Positions 15,178 through 23,610 of a stretch of 26,497 nucleotides of DNA are shown here, one piece after another. Origin of the DNA: a virus (taxonomy: Duplodnaviria; Caudoviricetes); the IMG/VR virus record IMGVR_UViG_3300030372_000881, positions 1-26,497 of that record. One strand, given 5' to 3'. Made by a program: the position numbers and the translations under genes. Under the pieces are notes generated by a model, which was not told the DNA's origin, searched no databases, and saw only the letters and a list, made by a program, of their open reading frames with translations. Position 1 is the stretch's first letter. The number at the start of each line of letters is the position of its first letter.

Positions 15178-18100
15178 TTATATTTCCCTTAATCTTTGCG
15201 ACAATTCATCGCCAGTGATGTTTCCACTTCGCCAATCTGCATATGCCTGAAGTTCTTGTTGATAATCAGAATTTGGATTTGCAATTCTTTGTTGATCCTG
15301 CATGAAATCTTTTTCAAGTTGTGATTCATCGCCAATAACTTCAATCACTCCGCATCTGCAATTTGGATGCAGTGGTGCTGTCATCATTGTTCGCCAAACT
15401 TTAATCTTGCCAACAACCTGACCTGACTTTGCAAACGGTTCATCAATTGGAATTGGAATTGGTCGCATGACTGCAAGTGCTTTGCATGATTCGCATGCAC
15501 CTGCTGATAGTTGCCATTGCTTATATTGAACAACGCCTGATTCTTTCCATGCTTGCAATTTGCCTTCCTCATGAATCATTGCCAGTTCTGTTCTTGCAAT
15601 CATTTCCGCTCTTGCACGAATTGGAATGATTCCTGTTTTTGGCTCTTCCTCTAATAAGCCACGCAGACTGCGTGCAATCTCGTCTGTGCTAAGACCATTG
15701 CGAACACCTGTTTGAATCTTTCTATCAAGTTCACGCTGTGTTCCTTCTGTCAAAGTTGTTGTCAGTTGTGCAGTATAGTCATCAAGTGCATTTGCAATCT
15801 GTGGACTTAAGAAGTTGAAATCCAGTTCCATATCTGGCACTAGTCGATTCAATTCTTGCTGACCTGAATTGCCCATCACTTCCTTCACATATTCAGAAGC
15901 CGCATTTCTTAATTCTTCTTGTGATCGACCATCGAACAAAGCCAAATCTGACATGCCAGCATCTAGGAAATTGTTGACTTGTCTGCTGAAAACTCTTTCA
16001 AGCGTGTCAGTGAAAGTGTCACTTGCAGGCTTGTTTTGTTTTTCTGTTTCTTTCCATGCTTCATTGCCATCATCAATTGGCGCACGTTTTAAACCAATCA
16101 AAGAACGATGTGTTTGAAACAATGACTTTTGGCAAGAAACCATTTTGCTATTGCATCCGCAGTCGCTGTGATCGTGCAAGTTTTTTTCAGAGTTGTTAAA
16201 TTCTGCTTGTTTTCTTAAAGCCCAACCATAACCCGCACCATCAGGATTGTTTGGATCGCCTCCCCAAAGCAACCAAGCAACCACACCTGCTGATGGGTAA
16301 TCTTCATGACTTGGACTTGCGGCTGGTGCATCTAAATCAACACGATGTCTTGAAAAATATGACACCATTCGATTGATTGTTTCTTCAGATAAGTTTTTGC
16401 GATTGCTGATATCTCTTGCACGAGCAACGCCAACTTCAGTTCCACCACGACCAAATTCATCACGCAGTTTCAAACCACGCTCGGCAAGTTCAGCCATTTG
16501 CGATGTTGGCTGTGTATCAACCTCATTTTTTTTATACGGTTTTTTTTTATCCTCTTCTTCTTCATCTTTTGGTTTGGCTTTTCCGCACATGGAATAAGCA
16601 ATTGCAACTGCTTGATCTCGATCATAACCTTCTGCAAGTAGTTTTTCTATTTTGGATGAAACGCAATCTTCTGCTTTGTCAACTGAATATGTTGATGGAT
16701 GTGTTTCACCTTCCATGCAGTAGCCTTCAGGATGTTCATCATCTGGTGGCATGTAGTGCGAACCCTCTGGACATTTGCGTGGTGCTTTGGTGTCACTTGG
16801 TTCAGTAGCAAACGCACCGAATGGCATTGGTTGTGGTTGTGGATTGCGTGCTTGTTCAACAGCAACATCAATCGGAACTGTTCCCGCAGGAACTAAAAGT
16901 TCATCGCCACCTTCAACTGGTTCAAGTCCACGATCCGAACGGATTTCATTGCGTGTTCTAATTCCTGCGGATGCATCAACTGAATCAATGTTTGCTTGCA
17001 CTTGCCTATCCTGTGCAACTGGATCGTCATAGCACAAGAACAAGTTGTTTGCAAATTCACCAAACAACGGCAATAGATTTCTATTTAAAAACTGTTCATC
17101 AAGTTTTAGATATGGGATGATCGTATCACGCAACCAACCAAGATTGCCTTCACGAGCATTCGCAAGATTAGGATCATTCGCTTTTAACTTTGTAACTGGA
17201 ACGCCACTGATTGCGGCTATGACCTCAATCTTCCTTGCTTCACCTGTATTGAATGCCAAGTCTTGTGGACTAAATGACATAGGCTTTCCATCTGTTCCAC
17301 CCTCAAAGATGAATGGACGACTTCTATTGCTACTTCCACCAAGTTGTCTTTCAATCTGTTGCATCAAGCGTTGATATTGTGCATCTGTCAAATGCTCATT
17401 CACCATGACCGCCCAATCTGGTCTTGCCTGATTGTCAAGAACAGTTTGTTCGTAGATATCCATTGATTCAAGTAAGTCAGCCGCACCAAGAGCCGCACTA
17501 ACCCATCCCCGACCGTAAAAAGGATCAGATGGATTCGGTTGCTTTTCATGCAAGACTTCATCTTTTCTGAAATCTGTTACTGTTGGATATTGACCATAGA
17601 CATATGAATCAACCAAATCAAGTTGACCATCAGGAATGATTGTGACCAAATCACTTTGCATGTTCCAAAGTTCAACTGGAACGCCAAGCGTTTCACTAAT
17701 TATGGGATGAAGATATGCGTTGCCAGTCAATTGCAGATTCAGCATGCGTTGAATGGTTAGCGTATACCCATCCATTTCAGGCGATGGACTATCGAGCAAT
17801 TCAAGAATCGGATGATCGAACACTTCAACAACATCGCCTTGCATCGCTTTGCGTTGGACAAATGTTGATGGCTTGTTTTCAAGTTTACCCTGAAGGAACG
17901 CTTGCTTTTGCTGTCCGACTTTTGCAGTAGGCAACAAAGACTTTGCACCATTTTTTGGTTGCTTTGCATACAACTTCAAAGTCTGTGCGGCTACTCCACG
18001 AGCATTCACCATGCAAGCCGCATATATCCAACCATCGAAGCGTTCCATCAAAGCAGAAAAACCACGACTTCTTTGTGCAGACATACTTGCGGTTTGCCAA

Positions 18101-18195
18101 GCAGGAATGCTTGCATTCAAATATGAAAGACGATCAGTCGCTTTCTCTTTTGTTTTGTCGTCTTTGTCACCTTTGTTGAAAAAGTTTTCAAGCAT
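15178..18195 (-). CDS. Portal protein fused to uncharacterised domains and a MuF/SPP1 gp7-like head morphogenesis domain
   Basis: HK97 portal motifs (HPILELL..P, LTGNAY, IAAISGVP, TRNEIR..RGLEPVEGGDEL) and MuF motifs (RAEMIARTE, KQW, CESC, PLHPNCRC) in one open frame. Confidence 0.9.
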   Translation of the reverse strand: MLENFFNKGDKDDKTKEKATDRLSYLNASIPAWQTASMSAQRSRGFSALMERFDGWIYAACMVNARGVAAQTLKLYAKQPKNGAKSLLPTAKVGQQKQAFLQGKLENKPSTFVQRKAMQGDVVEVFDHPILELLDSPSPEMDGYTLTIQRMLNLQLTGNAYLHPIISETLGVPVELWNMQSDLVTIIPDGQLDLVDSYVYGQYPTVTDFRKDEVLHEKQPNPSDPFYGRGWVSAALGAADLLESMDIYEQTVLDNQARPDWAVMVNEHLTDAQYQRLMQQIERQLGGSSNRSRPFIFEGGTDGKPMSFSPQDLAFNTGEARKIEVIAAISGVPVTKLKANDPNLANAREGNLGWLRDTIIPYLKLDEQFLNRNLLPLFGEFANNLFLCYDDPVAQDRQVQANIDSVDASAGIRTRNEIRSDRGLEPVEGGDELLVPAGTVPIDVAVEQARNPQPQPMPFGAFATEPSDTKAPRKCPEGSHYMPPDDEHPEGYCMEGETHPSTYSVDKAEDCVSSKIEKLLAEGYDRDQAVAIAYSMCGKAKPKDEEEEDKKKPYKKNEVDTQPTSQMAELAERGLKLRDEFGRGGTEVGVARARDISNRKNLSEETINRMVSYFSRHRVDLDAPAASPSHEDYPSAGVVAWLLWGGDPNNPDGAGYGWALRKQAEFNNSEKNLHDHSDCGCNSKMVSCQKSLFQTHRSLIGLKRAPIDDGNEAWKETEKQNKPASDTFTDTLERVFSRQVNNFLDAGMSDLALFDGRSQEELRNAASEYVKEVMGNSGQQELNRLVPDMELDFNFLSPQIANALDDYTAQLTTTLTEGTQRELDRKIQTGVRNGLSTDEIARSLRGLLEEEPKTGIIPIRARAEMIARTELAMIHEEGKLQAWKESGVVQYKQWQLSAGACESCKALAVMRPIPIPIDEPFAKSGQVVGKIKVWRTMMTAPLHPNCRCGVIEVIGDESQLEKDFMQDQQRIANPNSDYQQELQAYADWRSGNITGDELSQRLREI

Positions 18196-18198
18196 AAA

Positions 18199-19512
18199 TT
18201 AAAACTCCGTCCACAACCTGTCGTCCAAGTATGGGTCATATTTTTCTGCAAACTCTGAATCCAATGCACGAATCTGTGGTGCTTTCCTAATTCCGTCTAT
18301 ATACACAACAGCATACCTTAGTGCATCAAGTGCATGGTCGTGTTCCTTCTTTGGCTGGTCTTTCATACTGCCATCTTGCTTGCTCATCCATTCGTATGAT
18401 CCAAATTCACGAAGCAAGTTTGAACAGCGCTGATGAACTCGAAGTCTTGGTTTGCCAGATGGATCATCCGCCAATCGAGCCGCAACAGTTTGGATTCCAC
18501 TGAACACTGAATTGTCTGCTGGAACAGCATCAAGTCCGTGATGCCTCATAGCCGCACGCAGTTTTGCGGCTGAAGGATCAATGACAAAGCATTCTATTTC
18601 ATGCAAGTCACGCAATCTTTTTGCTTCTGCAATCACCTGTTCTTCCAACTTGTGTCGTTCATACCATTCGTCCACTATGTACATTATGTCGTCTTTGATG
18701 CCAATCAACAACAGCACTGCTGGATTGTTGTATCCTTCGTCCATTCCAACCAACATTCTGTCAAAAGTTTTTGGCGTTCTTTTCACAACAAACTTTGCTT
18801 CATCCCACTTATCATAAACCAATCCATCTGAACCACACCAGATGCCATCGACAAATCGTTTGCGTGCAACGCCAGTCATCGTTTCAAGATCTTTCACATA
18901 ATCGTCTGGCAAGAACCAGTTGTCACGACTTGTTGTTGTTATGGCTTCGCAGTTCGGTTGTGCTTCATGACCGCCAGCAAGCCCGAATCGTTTTGCAAGG
19001 AAGTGCTGTGGAGTCGATGGATTGCATGCACCATAGATTTGATTCTTGATCGATGGCAACTGCAATCTAATTCGACCACGAAGCATGTTCCAATCGTTTT
19101 CATTAAGTTCAACGGCTTCATCAACTGCAACGCCTGACAAGTTCATTGATGCAATCCTTGCTGAATCTTCAAGACCAAACAGCATGATCGAACCACCACC
19201 ATGAATCTTGATTTCGCCATCTATCTTTTTGTATTCATACGAACCTTGTGGAAGTATTGCTGGAAGCAATCCATCTGGTTCGAGCATCGTTTTGAGTGTT
19301 GATCGTTTAAGTGCGACAACTGTTTTTCGGCAAAGTCCTTCCCTTGCACCTTGAACAGATGCTCGCATGGCACAACGCAAACAAATCGCACGAGTCTTTC
19401 CCGCACCAAACGCACCACTGTATAAAATTTCCCTCGCTTGTGATTTGAGGAATCGCAATTGTTGGGGTAGAACTTCAAGTCGATGCGTGTTGTCAGTTGC
19501 GTGTTTGTCCAT
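18199..19512 (-). CDS. terL: Terminase large subunit (PBSX/Terminase_6-like)
   Basis: Walker A GAFGAGKT, Walker B VAVDEA, coupling motif ACNP, nuclease motifs GMDEG and HDHALDALRY. Confidence 0.96.
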   Translation of the reverse strand: MDKHATDNTHRLEVLPQQLRFLKSQAREILYSGAFGAGKTRAICLRCAMRASVQGAREGLCRKTVVALKRSTLKTMLEPDGLLPAILPQGSYEYKKIDGEIKIHGGGSIMLFGLEDSARIASMNLSGVAVDEAVELNENDWNMLRGRIRLQLPSIKNQIYGACNPSTPQHFLAKRFGLAGGHEAQPNCEAITTTSRDNWFLPDDYVKDLETMTGVARKRFVDGIWCGSDGLVYDKWDEAKFVVKRTPKTFDRMLVGMDEGYNNPAVLLLIGIKDDIMYIVDEWYERHKLEEQVIAEAKRLRDLHEIECFVIDPSAAKLRAAMRHHGLDAVPADNSVFSGIQTVAARLADDPSGKPRLRVHQRCSNLLREFGSYEWMSKQDGSMKDQPKKEHDHALDALRYAVVYIDGIRKAPQIRALDSEFAEKYDPYLDDRLWTEF

Positions 19513-19837
19513 TGTCCATTGATTGTACTGCCTCGCTCAACACAAATGTCAGCGAAGATCCTTCAGCATCTGCAATTCGATTCGGAACTTTGCCATCAAT
19601 GCGTTCAATTATTTCATGCCAGAATTTGAAGTCACCTTTTAACGCATGTTCAATTGCAACTTTGACTAGTGCATCACACAATTGTTCACCACTGACTTCA
19701 TCTTCAATAATCTTGCGAAGGTGATCTTGAATTGATCGACCTTTTGGACGACCTTTTTTGTTGATCGCTTGTGGTCGATTAGCAAATGAATGCTTGTTTC
19801 CTTTTGCGAACTTTCCATTTTCATCAAAGTCAGGCAT
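19493..19837 (-). CDS. Putative terminase small subunit (DUF5681-like)
   Basis: GKFAKGN...NKKGRPKG and EIIERIDGK motifs; GGAGG before ATG 19837; overlaps the terL start. Confidence 0.75.
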   Translation of the reverse strand: MPDFDENGKFAKGNKHSFANRPQAINKKGRPKGRSIQDHLRKIIEDEVSGEQLCDALVKVAIEHALKGDFKFWHEIIERIDGKVPNRIADAEGSSLTFVLSEAVQSMDNGQTRN

Positions 19838-20096
19838 CTTCGTCTTTGCCTCCAAGATGCAGTTCATCAAAAAACGGTTCGTCAATTTTAAATTCAGAAT
19901 CCTTAACCAGATCGGCTGTGATAATCATATGCGGTTCATTGTCGTCAATTGTATGCCAACCGATTGAAAAGTTGACAATTGGCAATTCAAGAGTCATCAA
20001 CCATTCAACAAATCTTGAATGCAAAGTCAGCAATGTCATATCATAGCCGCATTCAATTTGCTCTTGTGTGAGATCGCAAGTCAAGCGTATGTGCAT
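19830..20096 (-). CDS. Hypothetical protein (88 aa, acidic)
   Basis: ORF coupled to the putative terminase small subunit gene. Confidence 0.55.
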   Translation of the reverse strand: MHIRLTCDLTQEQIECGYDMTLLTLHSRFVEWLMTLELPIVNFSIGWHTIDDNEPHMIITADLVKDSEFKIDEPFFDELHLGGKDEDA

Positions 20097-20220
20097 CCGA
20101 AGTTTCCTAAAATGTCAAGAATTTCATTTCCGTAAATCACCTTCATTCGTGCATATGTAAAAGCAATCAAGATCAAACCAAAATTGGCGTTGCGTTTGCA
20201 TACATGGCTTATTGATTTGA

Positions 20221-20598
20221 TCATGATGTGAATACTTCCACTGTGTCTATTTCATAAACAACAAAGTATTGTGAACCACTTGTCGGTGTGAATTTAAACT
20301 CGACAGTATATGTTGCATCACCTTCATCAAAGACCGAAGCAATGACTGCATATCTGAAGTTGTAGCCTGTTGAATCCTTCGACCACCTTGCATCTGTTTG
20401 AAGTGAATTGAACACGACATCTGCAACAGTGAGTGAAGCCGTATAAACAGCAGTTGTGTTTGCATTCTTAAAAACTGCAACTGTGATCGCACTGACTGAT
20501 GATTGCGTTATGTTAGCCGCATCATCGCCTTGGATTCTCGACAAGCAAGTGATGCCTGTATCTTCATAGATTGTTGCTCGTGTCGGTGTGTTGCTCAT
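20221..20598 (-). CDS. Putative Ig-like/beta-sandwich virion protein
   Basis: Beta-rich (GDATYTVEFKFTP); GGAGG RBS; ATGA overlap with the upstream gene. Confidence 0.55.
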   Translation of the reverse strand: MSNTPTRATIYEDTGITCLSRIQGDDAANITQSSVSAITVAVFKNANTTAVYTASLTVADVVFNSLQTDARWSKDSTGYNFRYAVIASVFDEGDATYTVEFKFTPTSGSQYFVVYEIDTVEVFTS

Positions 20599-21863
20599 GT
20601 GGGATTGACCTCCGATGCTGTGTCACCACTATTGTATGTTGATGATGCAACATCACCTGATGCGTGTGTGTCGGTTGCTACTGCTTGATAATTGATCGGT
20701 GCAGTTTCTGGTATTTCAGAACTGAAGATTGCAAGCGTGTATTCTTGCCAACCATAACTTGACGATGCTTCTTTTTTGACATCCCAATCAACGGTGTCTG
20801 AAACTCCTGCTGATCCTGTGTACTTTGTAACATAGAACAAAGGGAGCAATGATGTCGCATCACGACTGTTGACTGCACGGAAAGAATCTGGTTGCGAGTT
20901 TGGCGATGTTGTGCCATCCACTTGGATTCTTGCAAATGACTTTCTATTGGTTGAATCAGCATCAAATATTGCAGATGCAAAAACAAGAATGTCACCTGAT
21001 GATGTTGGCGTGAATGCTTTGGAATCTAGTTCAACAAAGTCGGTCGATGTTGTGTCACTTGCGGCTTCGGTGTATTCATAATAAGAATCTTGAAAAGCAT
21101 CAAGTCGCAATCCAAATACACTTGAATTTCTGTGCGTGCCTGCACCAGAAGCATTGTCGATCCTTGCTTGAAGTGTGAACACTTCTGAAGTTCCTGAAAC
21201 AGTATATCCACGCAGGAAAGCCCACAAGTTTTGTTCAGTTAAATCTTCGCCTTCAAAAGACATCAATGGCTTAGTGCTAATTACACCACCAACATTTGAT
21301 TCATATTCAAGTTGAATTTCAACATTGTGTGCAACGTTGCCTACATCAATATCAGCAAAAGCAAACACCAACCACTTGTCGCTTGAAGTAGTTGTTGGTC
21401 TTGCAACTGCAAAGTCTTGAAATGATGTGGTCAGTGCTGTTGATGATGTATTGGTGCTGAAGAAATAGTCAGAAGATTCAAGTTCTGACAACTCCATCAA
21501 CATCATTGACAAGTATCTTGTCTTGACTGTGTAGCCACTTGCGGCTTTTTGTTCAAAGGCTAATCCACCACCACCAGAACCAGCAGTGAACTTCCCAACA
21601 AAATAATATGATTGAGTCACTGTTCCCTGCGCAGGTTCAAGAATCATGTGCGAACCTGTAAGAGTTGTATCACTATTTGTTCGATCTACCAATTGCCATT
21701 CAAAGATTTGATTTGAATTGCTTCCTTCAACGAGTGCATGGCAAACAACATAGTATGTTTTACCAGATGTCAACGCTGAAGATTCATCGACCTCAACAAA
21801 CGAAGTTGAAGTGGTTGATGAAACAGAATCTCTGGTGGTGTGGATTAGTCCAAGTGACGGCAT
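20595..21863 (-). CDS. Putative virion decoration or adhesin protein with three tandem beta-sandwich repeats
   Basis: Three repeats start STTSTSFVEV, ALTTSFQDF and DTTSTDFVEL; S/T-rich; GAGGA RBS. Confidence 0.6.
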   Translation of the reverse strand: MPSLGLIHTTRDSVSSTTSTSFVEVDESSALTSGKTYYVVCHALVEGSNSNQIFEWQLVDRTNSDTTLTGSHMILEPAQGTVTQSYYFVGKFTAGSGGGGLAFEQKAASGYTVKTRYLSMMLMELSELESSDYFFSTNTSSTALTTSFQDFAVARPTTTSSDKWLVFAFADIDVGNVAHNVEIQLEYESNVGGVISTKPLMSFEGEDLTEQNLWAFLRGYTVSGTSEVFTLQARIDNASGAGTHRNSSVFGLRLDAFQDSYYEYTEAASDTTSTDFVELDSKAFTPTSSGDILVFASAIFDADSTNRKSFARIQVDGTTSPNSQPDSFRAVNSRDATSLLPLFYVTKYTGSAGVSDTVDWDVKKEASSSYGWQEYTLAIFSSEIPETAPINYQAVATDTHASGDVASSTYNSGDTASEVNPT

Positions 21864-21864
21864 T

Positions 21865-21990
21865 TTATTTCCTCATAATTTTGTGCATTACCCAATCGAC
21901 TAAACCAAGCCGATCAACCAAAACACCAAAAGCAACGCCTACGCATAAAGCCCACACTGAATCAAACAATCCTTGAATAATTTCCATCAT
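21865..21990 (-). CDS. 41-aa membrane peptide, holin-like candidate (MMEIIQGLFDSVWALCVGVAFGVLVDRLGLVDWVMHKIMRK)
   Basis: Not in the ORF track. ATGA overlap upstream, one hydrophobic helix, basic C-terminus; fills the gap exactly. Confidence 0.65.
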   Translation of the reverse strand: MMEIIQGLFDSVWALCVGVAFGVLVDRLGLVDWVMHKIMRK

Positions 21991-22571
21991 TTATCTTTCC
22001 AGTACATTTTATAAGCGGATTCATACGCAGGATCAGAACGCTTATATGCAATCATTTCACGATGTGTCATATGGTTGTCTGAATCTGCGACCTTCATATC
22101 CATTTCCACTTCCCGCTTTTTTGAAGATGGAATGAACAACGAAAAAGAATAAAGCAACTTGCGAACAAGACTTCCAATGCCTGTTTGCCAAATTATCAAA
22201 AAGGATGCAATTGCTATTCCTGCAATCGCAAGCCACTTCATTGCATCAAGCCAAGCAGGTGTCCGATCTTCGACTTGTGGGAGTCTTGCAACAATGTGCT
22301 TTGCGAAGTCCTGAATATCCTGCTGTTCAACTTCCCCTTGTTGGGCGTGTTCTTCAATTTGTTTGTCGTTTGTTAGATCTTTAATTGCAACAAATCTTGA
22401 TTCGCTAGATTGTGCAAGTGTCTGAATGTTTGTTGTGTCTTTGCCGATTGCTTCAACTGCTGAACAGCCAAAAGCGTTCATGATCAAGACAATCAGCATG
22501 CTGATCACAAAGCACCAATATGCGATCCAAAACAAAAACTGTGGAAGCGTGTATCTTCGATAGCCCTTCAT
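21987..22571 (-). CDS. Lipoprotein with C-proximal TM helix (u-spanin-like architecture)
   Basis: Basic and hydrophobic signal region, lipobox-like AFG-C, about 75-aa helical linker, TM WLAIAGIAIASFLIIW. Confidence 0.6.
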   Translation of the reverse strand: MKGYRRYTLPQFLFWIAYWCFVISMLIVLIMNAFGCSAVEAIGKDTTNIQTLAQSSESRFVAIKDLTNDKQIEEHAQQGEVEQQDIQDFAKHIVARLPQVEDRTPAWLDAMKWLAIAGIAIASFLIIWQTGIGSLVRKLLYSFSLFIPSSKKREVEMDMKVADSDNHMTHREMIAYKRSDPAYESAYKMYWKDK

Positions 22572-22909
22572 CTTTTACGCCTCTTGATGTCACGCAAAAC
22601 AGATTCAGCATTTTCAATTCTTGTTTCCATCCCCATTCCGCCACTTGATCGTTCGCTTAATTTTTCAATGCTGGTTAGTCTGCGTTCAATATCCTTCAGT
22701 CTAAATTGCAACTCCGACTTTGCCGATGATGTCCGCCAAGTCAATGCGGCTGTGAATGCAATGCCTCCGATGAACAAAGACAGTGGAAGCAACGTGCCAT
22801 CGCTTATGATGCTTGTGTCTGATTGTGAAGCCACGCCAACACCTGCAAGTGCAATGCCAGATGATGTGCAGACAAACTGTGAAACGCTTTCAATAGAGTT
22901 CTGGATCAT
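22568..22909 (-). CDS. Membrane protein with C-terminal coiled coil (holin/XhlA-like candidate)
   Basis: TM LLPLSLFIGGIAFTAALTW followed by LKDIERRLTSIEKL; basic C-terminus. Confidence 0.55.
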   Translation of the reverse strand: MIQNSIESVSQFVCTSSGIALAGVGVASQSDTSIISDGTLLPLSLFIGGIAFTAALTWRTSSAKSELQFRLKDIERRLTSIEKLSERSSGGMGMETRIENAESVLRDIKRRKR

Positions 22910-22918
22910 GATGTCATT

Positions 22919-23065
22919 CTACTCACTAGGTTCAACCTGACAAGTTTCACCATTGCAACATGGATCAACATTCGTTTTGCAAATTGCACATTGCGAATGA
23001 CCATGCACTTCAATCAGCCGCAATGGTTGTCCGCAAAATGGACAGCGTGGCTGTGTGTCATTCAT
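22919..23065 (-). CDS. 48-aa zinc-ribbon-like protein
   Basis: CPFC...VHGHSQCAIC...CCNGETC; ATG 23065 overlaps the end of rusA. Confidence 0.65.
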   Translation of the reverse strand: MNDTQPRCPFCGQPLRLIEVHGHSQCAICKTNVDPCCNGETCQVEPSE

Positions 23066-23462
23066 CTTCACCATCCAATTCAATGATTTGAACAATCGCA
23101 CAACCGTTGTTCTTCATAACTTCACCACGCCTGACTGTGATTGAATCTATCTGATTATCGTCAAGAAATAAATTGGCATATTGAAGCGAGTCACCGATCG
23201 CTTTAAGTCTATTATCAAGATCATACATTCTGCGAGTCGGTGCATGCAACCTAATGTGCAACATAAGCCGACCTTGATATGGAAACGGAACTTCATCAAA
23301 CTGATTCTTTGCGATGTAATCATCAACCACTTCTTTGACATTCGTTTTGTATTCTCGACCTGCTTTTGACAACAGCACTCGGCAAGATTTCCCCATTCGT
23401 ACTGAACGATAGTAAGTGTTTCCAGATGGAGGGAATGGCAATATGATCGGTTCAAGTATCAC
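23058..23462 (-). CDS. rusA: RusA-family Holliday junction resolvase
   Basis: LPFPPSGNTYYR, RRMYDLDNRLKAIGDSL and DDNQI motifs. Start placed at GTG 23462 because the longer start lies upstream of the terminator. Confidence 0.93.
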   Translation of the reverse strand: MILEPIILPFPPSGNTYYRSVRMGKSCRVLLSKAGREYKTNVKEVVDDYIAKNQFDEVPFPYQGRLMLHIRLHAPTRRMYDLDNRLKAIGDSLQYANLFLDDNQIDSITVRRGEVMKNNGCAIVQIIELDGEDE

Positions 23463-23477
23463 ATTAAAATCATAGCA
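23463..23477 (-). promoter_or_regulatory. Putative extended -10 promoter giving a leaderless rusA/late transcript
   Basis: TGC-TATGAT-TTTAAT-GTG with no SD. Confidence 0.5.
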
Positions 23478-23480
23478 TAC

Positions 23481-23518
23481 AAATAGAAAAACCCAACGTC
23501 TGTGGTCGCTGGGTTTTT
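23481..23518 (-). terminator. Rho-independent terminator
   Basis: ACCCAGCG-ACCACAGA-CGUUGGGU followed by UUUUCUAUUU. Confidence 0.8.
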
Positions 23519-23610
23519 CATGGAGTTGCAACAGTTGGAAGGATAAAAAACAACCATTGCCAAGAAGAAATAAAAGAAGAGAAATCTAATGCAATTAAAA
23601 ATCAATCCTC
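23481..23610 (-). ncRNA. Putative sRNA of about 125 nt with an anti-SD loop
   Basis: Promoter TGCTATAAT upstream, 10-bp stem with loop UUUUUUAUCCUUC, and an intrinsic terminator. Confidence 0.6.

Noticed and set aside
15178-15345. MuF C-terminal extension as a polymorphic toxin domain
   Set aside because: It is only about 50 aa, has no catalytic motif, and no immunity-like ORF follows before the protease.
20081-20224. 47-codon minus-strand ORF (MIKSISHVCKRNANFG...) starting in an ATGA overlap
   Set aside because: Possible, but it has no motif or RBS support; the region may be regulatory.
23463-23531. Longer TTG start for RusA
   Set aside because: It would translate through the terminator hairpin; similarity to RusA begins at about 23462.
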